Shown piece after piece: positions 1 to 11,781 of a stretch of DNA of 49,240 nt; positions within the stretch are counted from its first letter, which is position 1; the number at the start of each line of letters is the position of its first letter. The DNA lies in the NCBI GenBank assembly GCA_002811645.1, contig PDIP01000039.1:239593-288832 (forward strand), written 5' to 3'. The position numbers and the translations under genes are program-made. The DNA is from Corallochytrium limacisporum Hawaii. Taxonomy: Eukaryota > Protista > Pluriformea. Below the pieces are notes generated by a model that did no database searches, had not been told where the DNA came from, and saw only the letters and a program-made list of their open reading frames with translations.

Positions 1-1381
1 ATAAATAATCATATAAATCACGATCCGGTATATATTTTCGAACGAAAATTTTGGTTGGATACGGAGTATACATTCAACTCAGAGGATAGTAAAAAAGAAG
101 AAACTCGAAACCAAAAAGCAAAACGGGTTAGTCTAAAAGAAGTCTTTTTCAAGGATTCCAGAATCAGGTATATTAAAATACACGCCTGTGTCAAACGGCT
201 TGGCCTGGGCAACCCTTGGGGAGGGGGAGCTGTTGTTTTAGCTGAATAACCTAACTTCGGAAATTAACAGTGAAGCAACAGTGGACAAAGAAAGAAGAGA
301 GGAGGGGGGGGGGCGCCGGCGGGATTTCATTCCGGGCCACCACAAAGAAGTTTTTTCACACCCCCCCCCTCTTTGGCCCAGTCCAATGGGCCGTTCGTCC
401 AACCACCCCGCTCATAGCCAAAGTATGGGGTGCTGTGGGTGATGTGTGAGTGTGCGTGTGGGACGGTGGTGTCCAATGGGGTTTGTGTGTGCCCGCCCCG
501 GGGGGGGGGGGGCCGCCGGGGTGTATGGCGCCAAACACTGCGGTTGTTTCAGTACCGTCCTGCTACCACTTTAGGACTGGGCGCAAGTGGGGGTGTCTCT
601 ATCAGAGAGATAGATCTTGATGTTCCAACTCTGCTTTCTTCGCCATTGTTTTAGTATCGGGAATTTCTGTCAGCGGCTGCGAATTTGGTGGAACGAGTAC
701 ACGATTTTTGACGAAAGACACAACCGCTCGACCAAACGAGCCAAATATCTCGTACATTAAGTACTGAAGTTATTCAGTTGTGTGTTGCCATTTACGGCCA
801 TGGTTGGGGGTTTTCCCTGGTTCTTCTCATCTGCTAAGTCATCGGCAGCCCCGATCATTTACTATGGCGAGCGCCGCAATGGTCCCGGTTGACGACATCC
901 TGTGTTCCCGGCCAGCAGCGGGAAGGAGCTGACGAGGCAAGATGTAGATACCTCTACTGTTGCACCCGGCAGCTCTTCCGGATACTATACAATAGGAGAA
1001 AACCGCGATGATTTTCATAATATCGTCAGTACCTGTTGTGTTGCTTTTACTTTCCTTTTCCGATGAAAGGTAAGTGCCCAAAAGGCAAAGGACCAGACGG
1101 TTGAGACCGTCCCAACGCGATCACAGATCCGATACCTCCCTGACTCTCGCTTCTTTTGAATTCAATACTTAAATAGCTTCTTCTAAAGGCTCATTATCTG
1201 CACTTTGTTTCACAGTTACCAGCCGATCGGTCTGCGCGCGAAAATCTGAGGCGGGAGAAGGGACGGCACGGAAGGAAGGGGGGATGGCGAAAGGCCACAG
1301 GGAAGGTTGGGGGGCCGCCCGGTGGTGGACGTTAGGGTTTTCGGCCCAAACAGAATCAAGAACCCCGCAGCCGGTCATCAA

Positions 1382-1462
1382 NNNNNNNNNNNNNNNNNNN
1401 NNNNNNNNNNNNNNNNNNNNNNNNNNNNNNNNNNNNNNNNNNNNNNNNNNNNNNNNNNNNNN
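1382..1462. other. Assembly gap (N run)
   Basis: Run of N bases. Confidence 0.99.
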
Positions 1463-2656
1463 CTCAAGCTCACGTCTCTATCCCTACTCCTCCCTTTGCT
1501 TTCAGAAAATTGACAAAGAGAATACACACACACACTCGCAAGGGATCCCACCACAAAAAAAAATGATTTGGAAAATGGGGGATTGGGGAGACGGGGAACT
1601 GAGTCGAGCACCAGGTGCGTTCCTGCTGTTGGCCTTTCGTTACAAACCAGCATCCCAGAATACCTGCACAGCGCGTATGTCTTTAATATTAAGTATGATA
1701 TCAGAGCGAACCACCCCGAGCCGAAGGATCACTGTGAGAGTTGTGCATGCCAGTCGTCCGGACGTCAACCACAACAACAAACACAAACACAAAGAAACCC
1801 AAGAAAAAATGACAATTTGCTGTCGACCGCAGAGTCTTTGAGCACATTTAGTTCTGTGATGGTGCCTCCAAAGAGAACACCACGTATCGAATGATAAGGG
1901 CAGTGTCAAAATCATCTCGGGCTGTTGTGTGTTTGTTGGAGAAAAATATACAAAAACAAGGAAGCACACCGTCGGCCTGGGGAGGGAGGGGGTGTTGGGG
2001 TGTCGGTGCAGGCCATAGTCAAAGTAAGGCTGAACCTCGGGTGACTTTCGCGCCCTTCCCTTCCTTGGCTGGCGGTCAGCATGCCATCCGGTCGGTCTCG
2101 AGACGACCCAGAAGGAAAAGATAAAAAGAATCAGAGTGTGCCCGATACACTAGAGAAAAAATAAACACTGTCCTCAGTGCTCACTGCCCTCTCCTTCCTG
2201 CCATTGTTTGGCTACCGTCAGCGTCACAAAGGCGTCAAACAGCCCCTGGTTGGCTGCGGTCTGCTGTCCTTTACCACTGAGTAAAGCGGAACCATGAGAA
2301 TGACAAAAAAACGAAGGCCAGGGTTGGAGGGGAGGTAGTGACGGAGCCCAAAACTGCTAGTGGCGTACCAAACGCGAGAGAAACGCAGTACTGAGAAATA
2401 AGGAAGAAAATGAAAACAGGGTGCGGCCTCCTCGTAAACTATGATATTTTTTTTCATTGGGATGTCATTTCGTTTCTCTTTTTCCTTTTTTTTTGCGGCC
2501 GGTAGTTCGTCGGTAGTTCGTTGCCGTCTTTTGTCGTTTCCTTTTCTTTTATCACTTTGTTTTTTCATTTGCGGGCAATCGGCCGAGGCAACCGCACCAA
2601 AGGGGAGGTCTCTCCCCCTTCCCTTCCCTTTCCTTCCCCAAAGTCCCCACCCCCCC

Positions 2657-2980
2657 NNNNNNNNNNNNNNNNNNNNNNNNNNNNNNNNNNNNNNNNNNNN
2701 NNNNNNNNNNNNNNNNNNNNNNNNNNNNNNNNNNNNNNNNNNNNNNNNNNNNNNNNNNNNNNNNNNNNNNNNNNNNNNNNNNNNNNNNNNNNNNNNNNNN
2801 NNNNNNNNNNNNNNNNNNNNNNNNNNNNNNNNNNNNNNNNNNNNNNNNNNNNNNNNNNNNNNNNNNNNNNNNNNNNNNNNNNNNNNNNNNNNNNNNNNNN
2901 NNNNNNNNNNNNNNNNNNNNNNNNNNNNNNNNNNNNNNNNNNNNNNNNNNNNNNNNNNNNNNNNNNNNNNNNNNNNNNNN
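2657..2980. other. Assembly gap (N run)
   Basis: Run of N bases, flanked by a poly-C run and TG/G-rich sequence. Confidence 0.99.
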
Positions 2981-3097
2981 TGTGTGGAGTGAGAAGGCAG
3001 GGGGGGGGAGGGCGGGAGACCGCATCGCTGCGCTGCCCGATGCGAACCGATGAGAGGTCTCTCTCGCAACTCTCCTCCAACCACCACCCCGCCTCCC

Positions 3098-3216
3098 TTG
3101 CCCCCTCCCTCTCTCTCTCTTTTCTCTCTCTCTCTGCCGCTGTGTATGTATACTCACTGTGCCCGCGCTGCCCCAAGTCAGCCTGCTCAGTATTTTACCA
3201 ACAACACACACACACA
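3098..3216. repeat. (CT)n and (CA)n microsatellite / low-complexity tract
   Basis: ctctctctct...ctctctctctct followed by acacacacacac. Confidence 0.8.
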
Positions 3217-4113
3217 GCGCTCACTCGGCCTTGTGCGCTGTGTGTAAGGTTAGTAGGCCTCCCCCGTCACCACCCCTCCCCTCTCTTCCCGGGGGCCTCC
3301 CGTCCCCCCCCCCACCACCCCCCTCGGTCCTTTTGACTCAGCCCCAGTGTTTTGTCTTTCGGGGGACGGAGGTCTCGGGATCGCGTTTTCTCTTGTTTTT
3401 GGAGCCTTTTGCACCTTGAAGTCTTTGGCTTTTTTGGGAACACGGCAAGGCGTCTCATTGGTGGTTGGTGGTGTACCTTAGAGTGTGCCGTGTGGCGAAG
3501 TGCTCGGCGTACACAAATAAAATGTTAGGAACGAGACAATAACCGAAACAGAAAGACAGAGAAGCAAGGCGCGAAGCTTTAATTGAAAAAATTGCACGTA
3601 GGTTTGGTCCGGTCGTCAGGAGGTGTTATGATCACTTGTTGAGGTACATCAAGACTTGGGCTCATACAACCTAAAATGGAAACTCGAGAAGTACTGCACA
3701 AAGACATAACCGAATTAGTTGATCTTAAGCAAGCGACAGTACTGCAGCGTAACCATTCAATGACCATTTAAAGAAAGGTGTAATATTCTTTTTTGTTTGG
3801 TTTACGTTGGTCGGTTGCAACAGACGCCTGTGATTTGCGACAAACAAGTTTGAAAGCTCATCGGAACAAGGAGGAAGTACTCATAGTAACACTGCGCGGA
3901 GCGAGGGAAATATGTCGCTTACTTAATTAGCTGTAATTGCGCAAAACGTTAATAGGGAGCATAGAAAAGAAATATTTGAATCCAGGGAGCCATTGAGCCA
4001 GTTAGCGAAATTCAGCTGCCGAGGTCCCAACGCAAGTTGCACATACATATTTCAAGAAGAAATATTTGCATAGATCGTAACAATACTAGTTTAAAGCGGA
4101 GAAGACTATCAAT

Positions 4114-5226
4114 ATGAACAGTCGCCAACGGACCAGCTCGGAGGGTGCGGCACACAGTGCGTCCCTGAACGGCATCAAACTGACCGCCTCCAAGACCGCA
4201 ACAGTCCTTGCCACCGATGGTGAGACGGGGGAAGAGAAGGAACTTACCTACACGGACCTGAAGGTGATCGGACAAGGTTCTTTCGGAACCGTCTACCATG
4301 CACGGCTAGCGGACGGGCGCGTGTGTGCGATTAAGAAGGTGTTGCAGGACAAGCGTTTCAAGAATAGGGAGCTGCAAATTATGCGGACACTGAAACATCC
4401 GAATGTGGTCAAACTGCTGCACTTCTTCTACAAGAATGGTGACAAAAAGGACGGCGAAGTGTATCTGAACCTGGTGCTTGACTTCGTGCCAGAGACAGTG
4501 TACCGCGTGGCGCGGCATTACAGTAAAATGAAGCAGACACTGCCGATTCTATTGGTCAAGCTGTATATGTATCAGCTGTTCCGCTCCTTGGCCTATATCC
4601 ATTCAAGCAACATCTGCCATAGGGACATCAAGCCGCAGAATCTGTTGTTGGATCCAAACACGGGAATACTCAAGCTCTGCGACTTTGGAAGCGCAAAGAT
4701 GCTGCAGAAGGGCGAACCAAATGTGAGCTACATTTGCTCTCGCTACTATCGTGCTCCGGAGCTGATCTTTGGTGCAACGGACTACACCACTGCCATTGAT
4801 ATATGGAGCAGTGGCTGTGTTCTCGGTGAACTGCTGCTGGGTCAGCCAATGTTCCCGGGTGACAGCGGGGTGGACCAATTGGTTGAGATTATCAAAGTGC
4901 TTGGCACACCAACTAGGGAGCAGATCCGTATCATGAACCCGAACTACACCGAGTTCAAATTCCCCCAGATCAAACCCCATCCATGGTCGAAGGTGTTCCG
5001 CTCCAAGACACCGCCGGATGCTATCGAAATCACTGCGAAGTTGTTGGAGTACACTCCTCCAAACCGCCTGACTGCATGGCAGGCGTGTGCCCACCACTTC
5101 TTTGACGAGTTGCGCGACCCGAACACGCGCATGCCTAACGAGCGGGACCTGCCGCCTCTGTTCAACTTCTCCGATTCCGAACTGGCGGACATGGGCGATC
5201 TTCGAGACCGCATCATGCCGAAATAA
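4114..5226 (+). CDS. GSK3: Glycogen synthase kinase 3 (intronless, 370 aa)
   Basis: GQGSFG glycine loop, [50 protein letters not shown] activation loop, FPQIKPHPW. Confidence 0.98.
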   Translation: MNSRQRTSSEGAAHSASLNGIKLTASKTATVLATDGETGEEKELTYTDLKVIGQGSFGTVYHARLADGRVCAIKKVLQDKRFKNRELQIMRTLKHPNVVKLLHFFYKNGDKKDGEVYLNLVLDFVPETVYRVARHYSKMKQTLPILLVKLYMYQLFRSLAYIHSSNICHRDIKPQNLLLDPNTGILKLCDFGSAKMLQKGEPNVSYICSRYYRAPELIFGATDYTTAIDIWSSGCVLGELLLGQPMFPGDSGVDQLVEIIKVLGTPTREQIRIMNPNYTEFKFPQIKPHPWSKVFRSKTPPDAIEITAKLLEYTPPNRLTAWQACAHHFFDELRDPNTRMPNERDLPPLFNFSDSELADMGDLRDRIMPK

Positions 5227-6440
5227 GCGATATCTCTGGTCAGAGGAGAAAAGAGACAGACAGCAATAATGGACTGACGAAGAGAGAGGCTCTGCAGAAA
5301 TGGGGATGGATTCCCAAAGGAACACACATGATCAGGGAATGGCCGTATGATTGATTGAAGGAAAGCGCAGGTCCCGACATCGTCAATGAACGGCTATGAT
5401 TAATATTTACGATATCCCCAAAGAGCGTTCGAGAAGCCCACTTCCTCCCACATCTCATCGCTTCACAACACTTTGAGTTGACCTTTTTACATGCATGCGC
5501 AAACAAAATATAAACCACAATGTTGCAAGAAGTGCTATTTACATGTTGAGAAAGGCATTGTCATCATCGCCTTGCTCAAGTCGCGGGACGCGAAGAGTTC
5601 GCAGGCATCGTATAAAGGGAAATCCGGAGCTTAACGAATTTCCTGCGCCTCGTGTGTGTGGGTAGAGAAAGGTTCTCTTCCCCATCCGTCCTGCCGTCGC
5701 CTCACCATGCTGGAAGGATAGCCAAAGACATCGGAAGAAGAGTATTCGGAACGGAACAATCAATCCGTCCCTGAGAAGTACGGTAGAGTGGCATGCGGCT
5801 TTCAGAACGGGCATTCCTGATCGACGTAAGGGGGCCCGCCATGAACAAGTGTTAAACTTCCAAACCCCGGTGATATACGTCGGGCGAGTTCTTGCTAAGC
5901 CGGTCAGTCAGACGGTCTGCACTGCTTTGAACGTGATGTCCTGATTGCTCTATTACATGGGGTCCATCGTACCCAATCACCCTCCTCTTCTCACTCTGTG
6001 ACGAATGAAGCACTCACGTCAGTTCATTTCCCTTACCCAGCCTGATCATCCTCACCCCGAAACCAACGTGTAGGGATACCGAGCGCACAGCCACCTGCTC
6101 ATGCCAGCATGCTGGTAGGTACTGAAGATAGAACGAAAATCACATCATTGCACGCACCAACACCCAGCCTACTGCAAAAATTACAAAGGTAGCCTTGTAA
6201 GCATGCTGACATGTCCACGGGTCTAACATGGTGGTGTTCCATTCCCTTGCGGGAGCCGATAGAGTAGAGCTCAAAAAGCGCACTATTACTCATCAGACTC
6301 TCGCGGCCCCGCTCAACAGACCACCCTGCAAATTAGCCCAAAGGCACACACACACACAGAGGCCCGTTCAGTCCCACACCCTGCCGCACAGGCGTGAGGC
6401 GTGACCACCAGGCCTGATCCCATTACTTACGCCCCCCCCC

Positions 6441-6665
6441 NNNNNNNNNNNNNNNNNNNNNNNNNNNNNNNNNNNNNNNNNNNNNNNNNNNNNNNNNNNN
6501 NNNNNNNNNNNNNNNNNNNNNNNNNNNNNNNNNNNNNNNNNNNNNNNNNNNNNNNNNNNNNNNNNNNNNNNNNNNNNNNNNNNNNNNNNNNNNNNNNNNN
6601 NNNNNNNNNNNNNNNNNNNNNNNNNNNNNNNNNNNNNNNNNNNNNNNNNNNNNNNNNNNNNNNNN
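6441..6665. other. Assembly gap (N run)
   Basis: Run of N bases flanked by poly-C. Confidence 0.99.
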
Positions 6666-7777
6666 NTACACCCCCCTCTCCCCAATCCTTTTCTTTTAAT
6701 GGTGGATAACTTTGGTACTTTCTTTCTCTCTTTTCTTTCTTCTTTGTCCCAGTGTAGAAGGCCGGGGCACAGCCAACCGGCACAGAGGAAGGAGGCGGTC
6801 TATGTTGTACCCCGGGAAGAAATCGGCCCATTAGGCCCCCCCCCCATTCTCTTTTGACCCTGCGCAGCAGTAATTAGCAAACGCACAACACAACTGCACG
6901 TTCGTAATTCTCTGAGTCATTTCTTCCTTTTTGGCACCCCCTTACTTTGCGAAGAATGTATAACTCCGTTACAAACAATCAATACATTTAATATTGACAG
7001 TCGTGTCTGAACGGTGGCCAAGTGGCAATAGGAAAAACAGGGAGGGAGGGAGACGGAGAGAAAAAAGGAGAAAGGGGGGGGGGGAGCGTGGCAGGCGGCT
7101 GGGCCAGGGGAAGAGTTTGCTTGCGTACAATGTCATCATTCTTCATCATTTTTGCGATCATCGTCGAATCACCATCTATTCACGCACCACACGCCCCGCC
7201 GACACATGCTGCACACTCACTCACGCACACTCACACACTCACACCCCCCCTTTTCTATTGACTCAGTCACACACTCAGGTCACACACACACAACACGCAC
7301 AGCACACCGCGTTTCGGAGGCCAGCGATTGGTGGTGACTACAGCCGGGTCAGCAGCCAAAGCACTCTGGCCCAGAAAGAAAACACAAGAAAAAAAGACCA
7401 AAAAAAAAAAACAAAAGCAAAATCTGCAAAGGCAGCCCGAACCCGCCTTCCTTGGAGGAGGGGCAGTTTCGGGGTGGCGGCTGTGCAAAAGAACGAGAGA
7501 ATTGAACGAAGCGAAATTACGAGAAAAAAAAATGTGGAAGGGCGGGTTTTTCCTTAGCGGAGCACACACAGTCACTCACACACCGACTCTCTTTGGGTGC
7601 CCCCCCCGGGGGGGGGGGTGGGATTGTGGGTCGGTAGGCTTCGCAGTGGGTTGGTCCGCTGAACAATAAAAGTTGGAGGGGTGGGTGCGACGGGGCCCCC
7701 CTCCCTAACCCTACCCCCTACCCCGGCAGCCCGTACCGTACGCGGACGGACGGACGAGGCAGTGGTGGATGTCGTAC

Positions 7778-7835
7778 GTGAGTGTGTGTGAGAGAGAGTG
7801 TGTGTGTGAGAGAGAGTGTGTGTGTGTGCGTGTGT
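7778..7835. repeat. Compound (GT)n/(GA)n microsatellite
   Basis: gtgagtgtgtgtgagagagagtgtgtgtgtgagagagagtgtgtgtgtgtgcgtgtgt. Confidence 0.85.
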
Positions 7836-8189
7836 ACGTATCAGGATACTGTTCGGCGTGAAAATAGTGGTTTCGCTTTGGGGCATGTTTTGTTTTCTTT
7901 TGGTGTGTATGCTCCAAGATGTTGGTTAGTGCGTGCTCAACTTAAGGTGTCATTGTCTACCAGCGCGGAAATCTGCTCTGGTTCTCCTATTTCGAACTAC
8001 TCGCTTCTCTATTAACCACTTAATTGAGTTCTTGTAAACCACAACTTCTCATGAGGCTCTTTGTTCGAGACAGCGAGGTTGACTACGCTTTCGTCCAAAG
8101 AGCGTGAGCGATAACTGGCTTCATTAATCAAACAGTGGAAGCTAACGGGCACACCAAATCTTCTAAACAAGACAACACAAAGTTGCAGG

Positions 8190-10052
8190 ATGGACGGCGA
8201 CGATTGGGAAAGGGCCATGGTGGACCTGCCCGCCCAAGAGTTTGGCATGCTCTACCATACCATGAGAGGCGTCTTCCGCGTTGTGATTGACATATTCTTT
8301 CGTGACGTTGAAGTCACAGGTCTGGACAACATCCCTCCGTCTGGCCCAGTTATCTTTGTAGGCAACCACAACAACCAGTTTGTTGACGGGCTTATGATGT
8401 TTACACAGGCCACCCGAGACCTCCGATTCTTGGTGGCTCAGAAATCCATGGATCGTCCGGGCATTGGGCGCATGGCCAAGGCTATCGGTTCTATCGGTGT
8501 CCCGCGGCCGCAAGACTTTGCGACTAGGGGCATCGGCACTGTAAGCGTGATGGGAAGTACCCTAAAGGGAGAAGGCACCAGGTTCAAAGAGGATCTCGGT
8601 GTGAAATTCCAGGTCAAGACAGAACGCGGAACGTTCACAGTGAAGCGGGTGGTGAGCGACACGGAGGCGACTCTTGAAAAGGACGCTCCGGAAGAGTTCA
8701 CTGGCCTGAAGTACTCAATCATCCCCAAACTGGACCAAGGGGCTCTCTTTGAGAATGTTTGGACCACTCTACATGACGGTGGTTGCATCGGTATCTTTCC
8801 TGAGGGCGGTAGTCACGATCGGGCTAGTCTTCTGCCACTGAAGGCTGGCGTAACCGTGATGGCACTGGGTGCCATGTACAAATACCCTGGTTTGCAGGTA
8901 AGCATTGTGCCTTGTGGGCTGAACTACTTGAACCCGCACAAGTTCCGGTCCACGGCGTTTGTGGAGTTTGGGCCTCCGCTTCGACCGGATCCATCGCTGG
9001 TGCGGAAGTACGCGACCAACCGGCGCGAAGCGTGCAGTGAACTTCTAGAGCAGATCACGGATGTGCTCAAGGCTGTGACGGTGAACGCCCCGGACGTCGA
9101 CACGAGGCAAGTAATTAGGCTCACCCGCCAGTTGTTTACACCTTCTGGAGTGCGTATGGCTCCAGAACGGTATTTGAAGATGACCCGACGCTTTGTGGAA
9201 GGCTATAAGGTGTTCAAGGACGATCCTATGGTTGAGGAACTCCTACCCAAGGTGCGGGACTATGGAGAAAGTTTGAAGATTTACGGTTTGGAGGACCGCC
9301 AGGTGAGGCGTCTGAAATTGGCTCGGTACAAAGCGGCGGAACTTCTGGGACATCGCATGATGCTGGTGCTCTTCTACATAATTTTGGGTCTGCCCGGTCT
9401 GGTCATCCATTTACCAGTCATGGTCTTCATCCGGTGGTACAGCCAGCAGAAAGCCGTGCAGGCAGTGGCGGAATCTAGCGTGAAAATCGAGGGCAAGGAC
9501 GTGCTGGCCAGCTGGAAACTAATGACAGCTGTGGTTCTGCTGCCTCTGACTTACACTGCGTGGTCGGTTGCATTTTTCTTTTACCTTTACTCAGCACAAG
9601 ACTTCGACTTCCTTCACTCGCTGCTGGCAGCTGCGGCATTCGGCGTTTGGTTGCCGTTCCTGCACTACTTTGTCATACGCATTGGTGAGCAGGGTCTGAT
9701 GGTGTTGTACTCCATCAAGCCATTGTTCCTGTCCATGATTCCATGGCGACATAAAGAACGAATGCACCTTGTGGACCAACGCCAGACGTTACGTCAGGAG
9801 ATCCTCACAGTCGTCCGCAAGCTTGGACCGCAGCTTTTTGATGACCTCACTCCTGATAAATTGCACCGTCTCACCACTGAGTCATCGCAGCTGCAAGTTG
9901 AGGATCTGCAGCAAGCCAATGTTACCATCAGACAACTGGAGGAAGAGAATGACAAGCTGTTGCGCCGCATCCGGGAGCTTGAGGACGAGTTATATGCTTC
10001 TGGCATCAAGTTCCGGTCGGTGCAGTCAATGGACTCTGACGGCACCATCTAA
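8190..10052 (+). CDS. Glycerol-3-phosphate / dihydroxyacetone-phosphate O-acyltransferase, Gpt2/Sct1 type (620 aa)
   Basis: Acyltransferase motif NHNNQFVDG (HxxxxD), IFPEGGSHDR, VPCGLNY...HKFRS, SSVKIEGKDVLASWK, C-terminal TM helices and coiled coil. Confidence 0.92.
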   Translation: MDGDDWERAMVDLPAQEFGMLYHTMRGVFRVVIDIFFRDVEVTGLDNIPPSGPVIFVGNHNNQFVDGLMMFTQATRDLRFLVAQKSMDRPGIGRMAKAIGSIGVPRPQDFATRGIGTVSVMGSTLKGEGTRFKEDLGVKFQVKTERGTFTVKRVVSDTEATLEKDAPEEFTGLKYSIIPKLDQGALFENVWTTLHDGGCIGIFPEGGSHDRASLLPLKAGVTVMALGAMYKYPGLQVSIVPCGLNYLNPHKFRSTAFVEFGPPLRPDPSLVRKYATNRREACSELLEQITDVLKAVTVNAPDVDTRQVIRLTRQLFTPSGVRMAPERYLKMTRRFVEGYKVFKDDPMVEELLPKVRDYGESLKIYGLEDRQVRRLKLARYKAAELLGHRMMLVLFYIILGLPGLVIHLPVMVFIRWYSQQKAVQAVAESSVKIEGKDVLASWKLMTAVVLLPLTYTAWSVAFFFYLYSAQDFDFLHSLLAAAAFGVWLPFLHYFVIRIGEQGLMVLYSIKPLFLSMIPWRHKERMHLVDQRQTLRQEILTVVRKLGPQLFDDLTPDKLHRLTTESSQLQVEDLQQANVTIRQLEEENDKLLRRIRELEDELYASGIKFRSVQSMDSDGTI

Positions 10053-10166
10053 ATTTGTGATTCTTTGCGGACAACACTGTAGAGGGTGTCTTTCAAGTAT
10101 TATACAGAAATTATACACAGCCGCGGAATGCAATAAATTCTACCGAATATTTCCATTCTATTCTGT

Positions 10167-11276
10167 TTACGATTGCCAGGTGAGCGTTAGGAAGCTGCAA
10201 TACACATACACCTTACGACCGTCCAACTCCGTCCGTCCCTGTACTACCAGCCCACAGTCTCGCGATGTAAAGTTCCCGTGGCTGGTCAGCGTGACTTCGA
10301 GATTATGGATCTGTTCCGCGTCGCTGTACAATGAGAGAGTAAAGCATGTTTTGTAATCGACATGGCTGGGCAGTCCGCCGTCAGTTGGCGTCTTAGCCTC
10401 AAGCTCTGATCCGCCCTTCAGTGCGACTGTCACGGATGGCGGCACAACAATCCGAAGGGCCTGCAGCGCGGACTTGACAACATGTTGCAGTCCGTCCTCA
10501 TGGTCCAGTTCATCTGCAGCGAGATAGGCGAGATTCAGGCTTTGCATTGCTGGCATTGGTACCTCGTCCTCGTCAGTCAGCTGTTCTGGGACATCTATGA
10601 TATACGTTCTGGGCAGATCGCGGGCAATGAAACTCTTTTGCGTCCGTTCCAGGGTCTCCAAAAGCCGCCCAGCCACCGTAAAGCTCCATTCTCGCTTCGG
10701 GCTCGCGTCTGATTTCTGTGGCTTCATTCGAAGGGTACGGTAGAGTTCGTGGCCCTGAAGATCCGCACGCAGGCGATTCAACGCGTTTGCAATCCCGAAA
10801 ACATCTTCTGTTGACTCCGGGGCGTTACCTTTAACTTCCTGTCCTTTTCCAAAGAAGGTGTTCACTACGCCGGTGACTTCCGGGTGGTAAAACTCTGTTT
10901 TCACAACATTTGGGATTTTCTGCAGAAACCGCTGCCGGTGGTCAGCGGCTTCAAATTCCTGTTTCCGCACCCGATTGATCTCTTTGTCGACAGCCCTTTT
11001 CCGTTCCAGAATGCTGGTCCTCTCTTTTTCGCTCATGTCCGGTTGATTCATAAGATGTTGATCTTTTACCTTCACAAAATGTTTCAACTGCGCTGCCAAT
11101 TGGTTGTGCTCTCGACGCAACTGATTCCCTTTGTATGTAATCTGGATCCATTCCCTGTCATACTTTTGACATTCATCGACCAGCGATTGGGTCCATTCCC
11201 CCCGGGGTAAAAGCCCTTCCTTGAGTGCATCAATGTCACCACCGCTGGCTGGGCGAAGGTCAATGGGTTCTATCAT
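10167..11276 (-). CDS. Seryl-tRNA synthetase-like protein, catalytically degenerate (369 aa)
   Basis: N-terminus (IDLRPASGGDIDALKE...LVDECQKYDREW...NQLRREHNQL...FLQKIPNVV) parallels the cytosolic SerRS tRNA-binding arm; DLPRTY and TSHGNFTSRDCGL align with SerRS DLPIKY and SNCTDYQARRL; class II motif 2 and motif 3 arginines are absent. Confidence 0.75.
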   Translation of the reverse strand: MIEPIDLRPASGGDIDALKEGLLPRGEWTQSLVDECQKYDREWIQITYKGNQLRREHNQLAAQLKHFVKVKDQHLMNQPDMSEKERTSILERKRAVDKEINRVRKQEFEAADHRQRFLQKIPNVVKTEFYHPEVTGVVNTFFGKGQEVKGNAPESTEDVFGIANALNRLRADLQGHELYRTLRMKPQKSDASPKREWSFTVAGRLLETLERTQKSFIARDLPRTYIIDVPEQLTDEDEVPMPAMQSLNLAYLAADELDHEDGLQHVVKSALQALRIVVPPSVTVALKGGSELEAKTPTDGGLPSHVDYKTCFTLSLYSDAEQIHNLEVTLTSHGNFTSRDCGLVVQGRTELDGRKVYVYCSFLTLTWQS

Positions 11277-11781
11277 TGCTTACAGCTATGTTTATAATGT
11301 ACACACTTTGCACATGGTATCGGCCGACTCTACTTGGAAAGAACTCCACGTTCGCAGATTGCTACTGGCTATTATATTTTTTCGTATAATGCTTTCAAAT
11401 ACCATGCAAACTTGATATCTGCATAGTCAGGGATCACGGCTCAATGAGAGTGATAGAGCACTACCGAAATACCACTGTCACAGCGTCATGACTAAGTACC
11501 TTCTCTCCACTATCTGTTGGTGGAGAATCATCTGCGGAAACCCACCCGCCCGCCTCCCGAGAATGTGGGGTCCCATGCGACCCGTGCAGAGGGAGGGGGC
11601 CAAGACCAGACTGAATTAGGGGTCATGTATTTTTTAAAGAACACTGAGAAACATGTCCATGCACTGTATTTTCGCTAGTTTACAAGATCATGCGTTACGT
11701 CAATATGGGACAAATAAGATTGAAGCTATGGTTTCCGCAAATGGATTTTGTGGAAGAAGTGATGATCGAGACTACGACATT

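Noticed and set aside
1284-3336. Long ORFs spanning N gaps (also 6368-6831)
   Set aside because: Their length comes from N runs and low-complexity flanks
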